A stretch of DNA of 64,000 nt from Sphingomonadaceae bacterium (GTDB lineage Bacteria; Chloroflexota; UBA6077), in assembly GCA_050261575.1 (NCBI GenBank), contig JBLNDL010000043.1:12115-76114 (forward strand), in the 5' to 3' direction. The position numbers and the translations under genes were made by a program. Below, one piece after another: positions 39,823 through 48,179 of this stretch (position 1 is the first letter of the stretch; each line of letters starts with the position of its first letter). The notes under the pieces are model-generated. The model made no database searches and was not told where the DNA came from. It saw nothing but the letters and a program-made list of their open reading frames with translations.

Positions 39823-39922
39823 GAACCGGGGACGGGGGAGGTAGGGCAGCGCCGGGCGGCCTGCCTCCCGGTCCCTCGTGCTGGTCTGGGCGGCGGGGGC
39901 ACGTGACGCTAGAGAGCAGGCG

Positions 39923-39956
39923 AGGCGAGCGAGCACAGCCTCGCGGTCGCGCCCGT
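39923..39956. repeat. Short dispersed intergenic repeat, copy 1 (gaggcgagcgagcacagcctcgcggtcgcgcccg)
   Basis: 29/34 identical to 48551-48584; both copies sit 30-50 nt upstream of plus-strand genes (lgt, yeeE). Confidence 0.35.
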
Positions 39957-39986
39957 CCTACACTCACTTATGCTCAGGAGGTGCCA

Positions 39987-40874
39987 GTGGGGCCTATCTT
40001 CATCGATCTCGATCCAACGATAGTGCGGCTGGGCCACTTCTCCCTGCGTTGGTACGGCCTCTTCATCGGTCTCGCCATCGCGGCCGCTTTCTTCGTCGCC
40101 CTCAGGGAGGCCAGGCGCAAGGGCGTGGCCGAGGACGACGTCATAGGACTTGGGATGTGGGCGGTCTTGGGCGGCTTCGTGGGGGCGAGGCTGCTGCACG
40201 TCATCGACAGGTGGCCGGAGTATGCGGCCCAGCCGGAGACCATTCTCGCAATCCAGAACGGCGGGCTGGCCATCTACGGAGGCATCCTGGGGGGTGTCTC
40301 GACGGGGGCGCTCTACGCCCGACGGCGCGGACTCCCCATCGCGAGGATGGCAGACCTGGCGGCGCCGGGGCTGATCCTGGCTCAGGCCATCGGCCGGATA
40401 GGCTGCATCATCAACGGCGACGCCGTCGGGGCTCCCACCGACCTCCCCTGGGGGATGGTCTATCTGAACCCCGAGGCCATGGCCCCCAGCCTGGGAGTCG
40501 CCTACCACCCCACCCCTGTCTACGAACTCGTGGGAGACCTGCTGATCTTCGCCCTGCTGTGGGCGCTCAGGAAGCGGCTGAGGGTAGATGGGACGCTCTT
40601 CCTCGTGTACCTGGGGCTCTACTCCAGCCTCAAGTTCGCCGTCACCCTGGCACGCCAGGAGGTGGTATGGTTCGCGGGCCTGCAGGAGGCGCAGTTGGTG
40701 TCGCTCTTGGGCGGCCTTTCAGCCCTGGCATTGCTGATCTACATATCAAGACGGCGACCCGCAGGAGTTGGCGGGGGCGCGTTGGGCACGTCCACGATCA
40801 CCGCGGGAGGCCCCGCTGCTGCCACCGGCAAGAGGAAGGCGCGGAAAGCCAGATCCAGACGTGGAGCTCGCTAA
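39987..40874 (+). CDS. lgt: Prolipoprotein diacylglyceryl transferase
   Basis: GTG start with AGGAGG-N5; the Lgt signature GLAIYGGILGG plus the H/Y/R catalytic set; a Lys/Arg-rich C-terminal tail. Confidence 0.85.
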   Translation: MGPIFIDLDPTIVRLGHFSLRWYGLFIGLAIAAAFFVALREARRKGVAEDDVIGLGMWAVLGGFVGARLLHVIDRWPEYAAQPETILAIQNGGLAIYGGILGGVSTGALYARRRGLPIARMADLAAPGLILAQAIGRIGCIINGDAVGAPTDLPWGMVYLNPEAMAPSLGVAYHPTPVYELVGDLLIFALLWALRKRLRVDGTLFLVYLGLYSSLKFAVTLARQEVVWFAGLQEAQLVSLLGGLSALALLIYISRRRPAGVGGGALGTSTITAGGPAAATGKRKARKARSRRGAR

Positions 40875-40948
40875 GAGCTAGCTGAGAGTGCCGGGACGGC
40901 CCTACAGTCATCGCCGAAGCCCAGACGGGCGGCATCCTCCCGAGCGCC

Positions 40949-41287
40949 CTAATCCTGCTCGAGGTCACGGCGCATCTCCGCGTACTGCTCCCTGGTGATT
41001 TCCCCCCTGGCGTACCGTTCTCGAAGGATGTCCAGCGGGAGGTTAGCCGTGGGGGCCGCTCCTGCGCCCTCCTGCTGGGCCTGTCGGATGAGCCAGATCA
41101 CCAGCACCACGCCTCCGGCCACGATCAGCACCCAGAACAGCATCATGAAGATCCACCACAGCGGGCTGAAGCCCATGCCGCTCCAGCCCATCATACCGGC
41201 GCCCATCATGCCCCCTCCGAGTAGCCCCAGGAGGAGGACGACCAGCGCAACTGCGCCAACTACGATGGCGACGTCTCTCCCTTGCAT
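40949..41287 (-). CDS. SHOCT-domain membrane protein
   Basis: Two TM helices, then LDILRERYARGEITREQYAEMRRDL (a SHOCT motif). Confidence 0.7.
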   Translation of the reverse strand: MQGRDVAIVVGAVALVVLLLGLLGGGMMGAGMMGWSGMGFSPLWWIFMMLFWVLIVAGGVVLVIWLIRQAQQEGAGAAPTANLPLDILRERYARGEITREQYAEMRRDLEQD

Positions 41288-41308
41288 GGGAATCGTTCTC
41301 TTCCTCTG

Positions 41309-42232
41309 TCAGGCTCCCGGTCCCACCGCAGGCGAGGGCGACGGCGTTCCGGGCAGAGGGCCTGCGACCCGCATCATCTCCCCCACGATATCCTGCATCC
41401 GGTCGAGTTGCTGTTTCAGGTCCTGCCTCTGCTCGGGGCTCACCCGGGCGAGGGCCGGCCCCATCAGGTCTATCAGTCGGTTCATGTCGTCGGTCAGGTC
41501 CGCCATGTGGCCCGCCATCAACTCCAGCTCCTGGGGACTCAATTGCTGCATATGGGTGTGGAACTGCCGGTGGGTCTCGCTCATCTGATCGTGCATCCAC
41601 CCCATGTCCCCAGGGCCCATGGGGCCAATCGGCCACGGCGTGCCATCGGGAGACATCGTCGGTCCCGCCCCGGGTGTGGCTTGCGGCCCCATCGGGCCGG
41701 CTCCCGGCGTGCCACGCGGCTCAGGCGTTGCAGCCATCGGGGTAGCCCAGGGCATCATCCGCCGCATCTGTTGGAGGTCGGCGTGCATCTGCTGAACGAT
41801 CTTCTCCGCCTCCTGCCGCTCCTCGGGCGTCATCTGGTCCACAACCGGCTGCATCAAGAGCATGAACCGGCTCATCTCGTCCATCAGGTCGGCCATCAGC
41901 GTGGCCACCTGCTGCCTCCGCTCCGGCCCCATCTGCGGTAGCTGGCTGTGGAGTTGGACCAGGTCGCGGTGGAGGTCTCGCATCTGCTGCTGTATCGACT
42001 GTACGTCGGCAGGAAGGGGGGTCGCCGGAGCGGCGGCTCGCGCCCCAGCCACTGCGGTGGTGGGCGTGGCGGCGCCAGCCTGGACAACCGCTGCTGCCCC
42101 GGCGGCTGGGCTTGGGGTGCCCGCCGGGAGTGTCTGGTCGGCCGGTGCGCATGCCGCCACGATCGCGCCAAGTCCGATCGCGAGCAGAATCACCCCTGCC
42201 TGCTTTCCCCGCATCTCTCCTCGATTACTCAT
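41309..42232 (-). CDS. Met/His/Gln-rich lipoprotein with two LTXXQ-like repeats (CpxP/Spy/ZraP-like periplasmic protein)
   Basis: Lipobox IVAAC; internal duplication (...MTPEERQEAEKIVQQMHADLQQMRRMMP / ...VSPEQRQDLKQQLDRMQDIVGEMMRV); a Met/His cluster MGWMHDQMSETHRQFHTHMQQ. ATG 42232 with GAGGAA-N6. Confidence 0.55.
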   Translation of the reverse strand: MSNRGEMRGKQAGVILLAIGLGAIVAACAPADQTLPAGTPSPAAGAAAVVQAGAATPTTAVAGARAAAPATPLPADVQSIQQQMRDLHRDLVQLHSQLPQMGPERRQQVATLMADLMDEMSRFMLLMQPVVDQMTPEERQEAEKIVQQMHADLQQMRRMMPWATPMAATPEPRGTPGAGPMGPQATPGAGPTMSPDGTPWPIGPMGPGDMGWMHDQMSETHRQFHTHMQQLSPQELELMAGHMADLTDDMNRLIDLMGPALARVSPEQRQDLKQQLDRMQDIVGEMMRVAGPLPGTPSPSPAVGPGA

Positions 42233-42242
42233 CACTCGTTCC

Positions 42243-43427
42243 TCACTTCGCCCCAACCTGAGCGGGCGTCCGGGTGGGCTCGGTCGGCTCCTCGGCCCCC
42301 TTGAAGCCCTCCTCCATGAACTCCGTCTCGGCCTCCTGCAGCGCCTCGCCCATGGCGGTGTGCACCGCCTCCTCGGGGATGGTCCTGGAGAGGAAGCTCT
42401 TCACTATACCCATCGATCGGTCAGTCTTTTCTATCGACTTCATCGCGTCACGCTCGATCCCGGCCATGGCCCGTATTGCGTCCACCGTCTCCGGGATCGT
42501 TATCGCCTCGTTGTGCACCTGGAAGGTGAGGTAGAGTTCCTGGCCGTCGGAGGCGAGGGCATCCTCCCACACCGCCACCTCCCACATGTCGTTGCGTGGA
42601 CGCTTCAGATCCCGCATCAGCTCGATCACCGAGTTGAGGGCCACAAGGCCGTCGGTAGCCCGAACGAAGGCGACGCGGGGCTCCTCCCATAGGGCATGGC
42701 GCAGCTCGTCCACACTCACGGGATGGGTCGTCTCCACCATAGCGAAGTGCATGTGACTCAGGTTGTATGGACCCGCTCCGGCCATGGTCGTGATGTTCAG
42801 CCCCTCGATGACGCTCTGGGCATCGGGCCCCTGGTGGCTTGGCACCTTCGTCTCCGGGATGGCGGTGTTGATCATCCCATTCTTGTGGGACTCCCACGGG
42901 TCGGTCCCGCGCCGCAGCAGCACCGCCCTCGCCCGCTTGATCCAGCCGCGCCGGTTGAGTGCGTTCATGATGCGGCAGAGCGCCGTAGTGTTGCAGGAGA
43001 CCACGCGGACGAACTGCCGGTCGATGGCGCCCACGTAGTTGACCTGGGCCGTGAAGGAGTAACCCGCCAGTTCGTGCTTCTCTCCCCCCTGGAAGATGGC
43101 CTTCACCCCCGCCTGCTCGTAGGCAGCCTTGTTCCTGGCCCCGATCCCCTTGGGGGTGCAGTCCACCACGAGGTCAACCTTCTTCAGCAGTTCGTGCAGT
43201 GGCCCGGTTACCGGGATGCGGGCTTGCTCCATCTCGGCTCGCTTCTCGGGGACCGAGGCGTAGATGGGATAGCCCGACTGCGCGGCCACTCGGATGCGAT
43301 AGTCGTAGGTAACGTCCGATATCCCCACCAACTCCATGTCGTCCTGGAGGACCACGGCGTCGGCGACACGCTTGCCGATGACGCCGTAGCCGTTGACCGC
43401 CACTCGAACCTTTCTGTTCTTAGCCAT
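42243..43427 (-). CDS. Glyceraldehyde-3-phosphate dehydrogenase, type II (archaeal-type), with about 50-aa acidic C-terminal extension
   Basis: MAKNRKVRVAVNGYGVIGKRVADAV, IFQGGEK, VRVVSCNTT (catalytic Cys), PSHQGPD and IPETVDAIRAM closely track archaeal GAPDH blocks. Confidence 0.85.
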   Translation of the reverse strand: MAKNRKVRVAVNGYGVIGKRVADAVVLQDDMELVGISDVTYDYRIRVAAQSGYPIYASVPEKRAEMEQARIPVTGPLHELLKKVDLVVDCTPKGIGARNKAAYEQAGVKAIFQGGEKHELAGYSFTAQVNYVGAIDRQFVRVVSCNTTALCRIMNALNRRGWIKRARAVLLRRGTDPWESHKNGMINTAIPETKVPSHQGPDAQSVIEGLNITTMAGAGPYNLSHMHFAMVETTHPVSVDELRHALWEEPRVAFVRATDGLVALNSVIELMRDLKRPRNDMWEVAVWEDALASDGQELYLTFQVHNEAITIPETVDAIRAMAGIERDAMKSIEKTDRSMGIVKSFLSRTIPEEAVHTAMGEALQEAETEFMEEGFKGAEEPTEPTRTPAQVGAK

Positions 43428-43709
43428 CCGCGGTGTTCCCTCGTCCTTCGATTGTCGTACACAGCGATGGGGGCCGGGCCACTGGAATTGGCCACCCGTC
43501 AGCCGCCCCAGTGATGGCACGTGTCGTACCGTAGAAGAGGTCCATGGCTGCCTCTCGCGCATCTCTCGCCACCTTTTCAGCCCCACCTAAGCGGAGGTTA
43601 AGCTCCCTCCTGTATTGTTAGCGCGGCGAGGGGGCAAGCTCATCCACACCTGGCAGAGCACGGCGCTTGCCGGTTTTCGGCGTCTCACCCGGGATCTCAG
43701 CGTCCCGCG

Positions 43710-43793
43710 ATGGAGTACACCCCGGACAGGCCCGACGAGTACAACTTGAGCTGCCAGATGGGGATACTGCGCGACAAGCTGATCGTGGAGTAG
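43710..43793 (+). CDS. Possible 27-codon small ORF upstream of the methyltransferase gene (MEYTPDRPDEYNLSCQMGILRDKLIVE)
   Basis: ATG...TAG ending 5 nt before the next ATG; no RBS evidence. Speculative. Confidence 0.15.
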   Translation: MEYTPDRPDEYNLSCQMGILRDKLIVE

Positions 43794-43798
43794 GGTCC

Positions 43799-44482
43799 AT
43801 GAGTAAAAGGCTATGGGACTACGGTCTTTGGGAGGTGGCGCTGGCCAACTCGGCGCTCTTCATCGTCTTCGCCTTCAGCTTCACCAGGCCCCGCACCGCC
43901 CGCGACTGGCGCTCCTTCGGGGCCTTCTCCGCCTTCCTGGTGGCGCTCTTCGCCGAGATGTACGGCTTCCCCCTGACGATATACCTGCTCTCCGGATGGC
44001 TCGGAAGCCGCTACCCGAGCATCGACCTGTTCTCTCACGAAAACGGCCACCTCCTGGACACCCTGCTCGGGTGGGGCGGCGATCCGCACTGGACCAGCCT
44101 CCACCTGCTCAGCGATGGGCTCATCGTCCTCGGCTTCCTCATCGTCGCCTTCGCCTGGAGAGTGCTCTACCGAGCCCAGAGGCGTGGGGAGCCGGCCACC
44201 TCCGGACTGTACAGCCGCGTCCGGCACCCCCAGTACGTCGGGTTCATCGTCGTCATGCTGGGCTTCCTCCTCCAGTGGCCGACCATTCCGACGCTGGTGA
44301 TGTTCCCGATCCTCGCTTCGATGTACGTCCGGCTGGCTCGAAGGGAGGAGCGCGAGGCCCTAGAGGCTTTCGGCGAGGAGTACGCACGGTATGCCCGGGC
44401 CACTCCCGCGTTCCTCCCGCGTCTCGGTCGCATAGGGGCAGCAGGACGTGACGAGACCGCCGAAGCCCGGGACCAACCTTGA
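43799..44482 (+). CDS. Isoprenylcysteine carboxyl methyltransferase / PEMT-family membrane methyltransferase
   Basis: ICMT family C-terminal motif GLYSRVRHPQYVGFIVVMLG...E...EE.L...FG..Y..Y; several TM helices. Confidence 0.75.
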   Translation: MSKRLWDYGLWEVALANSALFIVFAFSFTRPRTARDWRSFGAFSAFLVALFAEMYGFPLTIYLLSGWLGSRYPSIDLFSHENGHLLDTLLGWGGDPHWTSLHLLSDGLIVLGFLIVAFAWRVLYRAQRRGEPATSGLYSRVRHPQYVGFIVVMLGFLLQWPTIPTLVMFPILASMYVRLARREEREALEAFGEEYARYARATPAFLPRLGRIGAAGRDETAEARDQP

Positions 44483-44718
44483 CGCGAACGTGGGCGCTGG
44501 CTGTGGCGTTCGCGGCCACAGCCGCGGCGCTCGGCGGCTACACCCCCGTGGCCATCTACGGCGGTGCCGCGTGGGTCTTCCTGCTCTCGATGATCATCAC
44601 CATGCACACGGTGACGCCCTGGCTGAAGAAGCGGTCTTTGGGTCCCATAAAGAGAAGTTGGAGGTTGAAGCGATGGAGTTTCTTGGGGCGAATGCCGGAT
44701 GGATCGTGTTCGGGCTAA
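44479..44718 (+). CDS. Small two-TM membrane protein (hypothetical), TTG start overlapping the upstream stop
   Basis: Very high GC3 over the first roughly 50 codons; hydrophobic (LAVAFAATAAALGGYTPVAIYGGAAWVFLLSMIITM); the 3' end overlaps the next ORF. Confidence 0.3.
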   Translation: MTRTWALAVAFAATAAALGGYTPVAIYGGAAWVFLLSMIITMHTVTPWLKKRSLGPIKRSWRLKRWSFLGRMPDGSCSG

Positions 44719-44909
44719 TGTTGGTGCTGATGATGCGGATGCACCGCGGTGGCGCAGGCTGCTGCGGAGGCCACCAGCACGGAGGCAACCGGCCGGAGCA
44801 GCAGCCGGACCGGGAAAAGGAATCTCTACCCCCGCCTCGAGAGGCCAGGAGCGAGAAGGAGGAGGCTGTGGCCACCGGCAACCACCCTCACTCGGGTGGC
44901 TGCCACTAG
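44673..44909 (+). CDS. Small His/Cys-rich membrane protein (DUF2933-like?)
   Basis: GGAGG-N8-ATG; one TM helix, then MHRGGAGCCGGHQHGG...GNHPHSGGCH. Confidence 0.4.
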   Translation: MEFLGANAGWIVFGLMLVLMMRMHRGGAGCCGGHQHGGNRPEQQPDREKESLPPPREARSEKEEAVATGNHPHSGGCH

Positions 44910-44948
44910 CGTGTAGTTGCCGAGGCGGGGCAGGGCGCCTGCCCCGCC

Positions 44949-45194
44949 TCAGCCTCCCTTCTGCACCACGATCTCCCAGTCCGTGTCGTTCAGCTGAGCG
45001 ACCCTATGGACCCGATGGCCCTCGGCCTGAAGGCTGCGCGGCACGTTGGTCGTGGCGGGCAGGTGGTCCACCACCACCCTGAGGATCTGTCCCGTCTCCA
45101 TCTCCTCCAGAGCCAGCTTCGACCAGACGAAGGTGTAGGGGCACACCTCGCCTCGCAGGTCGATCTCTCGGTCTGTCCTGGTGATCTCTTGCAT
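44949..45194 (-). CDS. TusA-like sulfurtransferase (SirA/YedF/YeeD family)
   Basis: IDLRGEVCPYTFVWSKLALEEMETGQILRVVVD (CPxP active-site motif). Confidence 0.75.
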   Translation of the reverse strand: MQEITRTDREIDLRGEVCPYTFVWSKLALEEMETGQILRVVVDHLPATTNVPRSLQAEGHRVHRVAQLNDTDWEIVVQKGG

Positions 45195-45207
45195 GGCGAT
45201 GCCTTTC

Positions 45208-46302
45208 TCAGTGCGACGTTGTTGCGGGCTCGCGGAGGCCGCAGAACCACTCGTAGTCGATCAGCTCGCGGATGGTGGGCTCGTCACCGCAGATCGGGCA
45301 GCGGGGATCGCGGCCGATCCTAACCTCTCTGAACTCCATGGAGAGGGCGTCGAACAGCAGGAGCCGGTTCACCAGCGGCTCCCCGATCCCCAGGATCCAC
45401 TTGATCGCCTCCACCGCCTGAATCGAGCCGACGATGCCGGGCAGCACCCCGAGGACGCCGGCCTCGGCGCAACTGGGGACGGTGCCAGGCGGTGGAGGGG
45501 AGGCGAACAGGCAGCGGTAGCACCCCCTGCCCGGCGCGAAGAGGGTGGCCTGCCCCTCGAATCGGAAGATGCTGCCGTGGACCAGCGGCTTTCCCAGCAG
45601 GACGCAGGCGTCGTTGATCAGGTATCGGGTGGCGAAGTTGTCGGTGCCGTCCAGCACGACGTCGTAGCCGGAGAAGATCTCCAGGGCGTTCTCCGCGGAG
45701 AGCCTATCCGCATGTTTGATCACCCGGACGTCCGGGTTCACCTCGGCGATGGTCTCCTGGGCCGAGTCCACCTTCAGCCGCCCGAGGTCGCTCTGGCCGT
45801 GGAGGATCTGCCTCTGGAGGTTGCTCAGGTCCACCCGATCGAAGTCGATGATGCCCAGGGTGCCCACCCCCGCCGCGGCCAGGTAGAGGGCAGCGGGGGA
45901 GCCGAGCCCGCCTGCGCCCACCAGCAGCACCCTCGAGCCGAGCAGCTTCCGCTGCCCCTCGCCCCCCACCTCCGTCAGCAGGATGTGGCGGCTGTAGCGC
46001 ATCACCTGCTCTCGGGTGAAGGGGAGGGCACCACCCGCCATTGCCGGGATGATGGAAAGCTCGTCCCCCTCTCGCAGGACGGCCTGCTTCCCCCCCAGAT
46101 CCTCGACCGGGTCCCGGTTGATGTAGAGGTTCACGTGATGCAGGATCTCGCCCGAGGGGTCCAGCACGCGATCCTTGATGCCGGGGAAGCGACCCTCCAA
46201 CTGCTCCAGGACGGCCTGGACGGTGCCGGCCTCCACCTCGACCTTCGCCTGCCCTCCCGTCAGGTGGCGGAAGGGAGTGGGTATGTACACTCTTGCGGAC
46301 AC
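45208..46302 (-). CDS. Fusion of a MoaD/ThiS/CysO-type ubiquitin-like sulfur-carrier domain (ending in internal Gly-Gly) to a MoeB/ThiF/MoeZ-type E1-like adenylyltransferase
   Basis: Residues 1-96 (...ILHHVNLYINRDPVEDLGGKQAVLREGDELSIIPAMAGG) have the beta-grasp sulfur-carrier pattern and terminate in GG. They run directly into ALPFTREQVMRYSRHILL...GAGGLGSPAALYLAAAGVG (the ThiF/MoeB nucleotide-binding motif) and a C-terminal CxxC...CxxC zinc site (CYRC...CPIC). There is no rhodanese domain. Confidence 0.8.
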   Translation of the reverse strand: MSARVYIPTPFRHLTGGQAKVEVEAGTVQAVLEQLEGRFPGIKDRVLDPSGEILHHVNLYINRDPVEDLGGKQAVLREGDELSIIPAMAGGALPFTREQVMRYSRHILLTEVGGEGQRKLLGSRVLLVGAGGLGSPAALYLAAAGVGTLGIIDFDRVDLSNLQRQILHGQSDLGRLKVDSAQETIAEVNPDVRVIKHADRLSAENALEIFSGYDVVLDGTDNFATRYLINDACVLLGKPLVHGSIFRFEGQATLFAPGRGCYRCLFASPPPPGTVPSCAEAGVLGVLPGIVGSIQAVEAIKWILGIGEPLVNRLLLFDALSMEFREVRIGRDPRCPICGDEPTIRELIDYEWFCGLREPATTSH

Positions 46303-46353
46303 GGGTTACTCCTCCAATGGGGTTCTCGGTTCTGGGTGCTGGGGGCGCCGCTC

Positions 46354-47271
46354 CTATAGGTCGGGAATGCTGAGGTAGCGCTCCCCGGTGTCGGGCAGGA
46401 GGGTCACCACCCGCTTACCCGCCCCCAGCTCCTGCGCCACCGACAGCGCCGCGAAGACGTTGGCACCCCCGGAGATGCCTGCCAGCAGCCCCTCCTCGCG
46501 GCTCAGGCGCGAGGCCGTCCGGATGGCGTCCTCGTCCCGCACCGGCACTATCCTGTCCAGGATCTCGCGGTCGAGGATGGTCGGCACGAAGCTGGCGCCT
46601 ATCCCCTGGATGGCGTGGGGGCGCGCCCTCTCCCCCTTCAGCACCTGGGAGCGGGCGGGCTCCACGGCCACGACCAGGACCGAGGGGTTCGCCTCCTTGA
46701 GCAGCTCGCCGACCCCGGTGATGCTCCCGCCGGTGCCCACGCCCGCGACGAAGGCGTCCAGCCGGCCCCCGGCAGCCTCCAGGATCTCCAGCGCTGTGGT
46801 CCGCCGGTGCACCTCAGGGTTGGCGGGGTTGTTGAACTGGTCGGGCATGAAGTAGTCAGGGTTGCGCTCCAGCAGTTGCTGCGCGGCGAAGACGGCCCCG
46901 GACATCCCCTCGATGGCCGGGGTAAGGATCAACTCCGCCCCGAACCTGGCGAGCAGTCGCTGCCTCTCGACGCTCATGTCCTCGGGCATCGTGAGGATCA
47001 GCCTGTAGCCCTTCACGGCGGCGACCATCGCCAGGCCGATGCCGGTGTTGCCGCTGGTCGGCTCCACGATGGTGGCCCCCGGCAGGAGCCTCCCGGATCG
47101 CTCCGCCGCCTCCACCATGGCGAGCGCCACGCGGTCCTTGACGCTTCCCCCCGGGTTCCGCGCCTCCACCTTCACCAGCAGCTCGGCGGAGCCCGGTCCG
47201 GGGAGCCGCCTCAACCGCACGAGGGGGGTGTCTCCGATCAGATCCAGGACGCTATCGGCGATGCCGGCCAC
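46354..47271 (-). CDS. cysM: Cysteine synthase (CysK/CysM family PLP enzyme)
   Basis: PLP-Lys motif GGSVKDR, TSGNTGIGLA and GTGGS loops. Confidence 0.85.
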   Translation of the reverse strand: MAGIADSVLDLIGDTPLVRLRRLPGPGSAELLVKVEARNPGGSVKDRVALAMVEAAERSGRLLPGATIVEPTSGNTGIGLAMVAAVKGYRLILTMPEDMSVERQRLLARFGAELILTPAIEGMSGAVFAAQQLLERNPDYFMPDQFNNPANPEVHRRTTALEILEAAGGRLDAFVAGVGTGGSITGVGELLKEANPSVLVVAVEPARSQVLKGERARPHAIQGIGASFVPTILDREILDRIVPVRDEDAIRTASRLSREEGLLAGISGGANVFAALSVAQELGAGKRVVTLLPDTGERYLSIPDL

Positions 47272-47415
47272 GGGGAGTCCCTCCAGGGGAAAAGTCTATG
47301 ATGTCGCGCGGGTAAGTCAACAATGCGAGGGGATTCTATCGGGGCGCCTGTTGGGGGCGCAACCCCCTTTTCCTTAGAGTTCGCTGAGAGCCGCCCCGCC
47401 AGCGCCCCAGAGCGC

Positions 47416-47443
47416 TTGACAAGGCGCCGCCAGCGTGAATAAT
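47416..47443 (+). promoter_or_regulatory. Strong sigma-70-like promoter candidate (TTGACA-N16-AATAAT) for the dsrEFH-yeeE-yeeD transcription unit
   Basis: Perfect -35 TTGACA at 47416-47421, then 16 nt, then AATAAT at 47438-47443; about 70 nt upstream of the GTG at 47516. Confidence 0.45.
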
Positions 47444-47515
47444 GACGGCACGAATTGTTGAGTATCTCGCGCGGAAAGCTAGACTTTATCCCGCCGTCTT
47501 CATCCGGAGGTCGCC

Positions 47516-47812
47516 GTGACGCTCGCCATCCTTCTCACAAGCGGCTTCGAATCCGCCGACAAACACACCGCGCTGAGGCTGGCCGAGGCTGCTCTCGCCC
47601 AGGGACATCACGTGAAGCTCTTCCTGATGGGCGACGGCGTCTACAGTGCGTCCATCTTCGGCAACCTCGCCCAAAAGGGGGCTTCCGTCGTGTGGTGCTC
47701 GCACAACGCCCAGCAGCGCGGGCTGCTGCCGGTACAAGGTGTCTCCGCGGGAAGCCAGTTCGAGTGGGCGGAAATGGTGGCCCAGGCGGACAGGGTGGTG
47801 AGCTTTGGATAA
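47516..47812 (+). CDS. DsrE/TusD-like sulfur-relay protein
   Basis: GTG start with GGAGGT; a roughly 98-aa DsrE/DsrF-fold protein with Cys in WCSHNAQQRG. Confidence 0.65.
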   Translation: MTLAILLTSGFESADKHTALRLAEAALAQGHHVKLFLMGDGVYSASIFGNLAQKGASVVWCSHNAQQRGLLPVQGVSAGSQFEWAEMVAQADRVVSFG

Positions 47813-48170
47813 GTTGAGGCAGGGCAAGAATGTCGTCGTGCTGATCCGGCGATCCCCCCTCGGCAGCCTCAAAGCTTCCGAGGGGCTGCGGATGGCCGTG
47901 GGGCAGAGCATGGCCCACCGGGTCACGGTGCTGCTGGTGGACACCGCGGTGTGGCTGGCCGGGCCACTGAAGCCGGAACTGGTGGAGGGGGGAGGGGTCG
48001 GCAAGCACCTGGGCATGCTGACACGTCTGAAGCAGCGGGTGTGGGTGGAGGCATCGTCGATGGAACGGTATGGACTGGAGCCGAGCCTTCTCCGGGAGGG
48101 CGTCTCGATCGTGAGCGGGCAAGAGATCGACGAGGCGCTGCTCGCAGCCGACGCCGTCGTTGTGTACTGA
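47805..48170 (+). CDS. DsrF/TusC-like sulfur-relay protein
   Basis: NVVVLIRRSPLGSLKASEGLRMAV parallels the TusC N-terminus (KIAFVFRSAPYGSASGREALDA); the start (TTG 47805 or 47814) is uncertain. Confidence 0.6.
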   Translation: MDKLRQGKNVVVLIRRSPLGSLKASEGLRMAVGQSMAHRVTVLLVDTAVWLAGPLKPELVEGGGVGKHLGMLTRLKQRVWVEASSMERYGLEPSLLREGVSIVSGQEIDEALLAADAVVVY

Positions 48171-48179
48171 GGTGACGAG

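Noticed and set aside
39708-39986. N-terminal extension of lgt ORF overlapping the cupredoxin-like gene
   Set aside because: Lgt homology and an AGGAGG-N5-GTG start define 39987; the extension is out of character.
43630-43660. tggcagagcacggcgcttgcc resembling a sigma-54 (-24/-12) promoter upstream of GAPDH and the methyltransferase
   Set aside because: The GG to GC spacing is 16, not the required roughly 10-11 nt.
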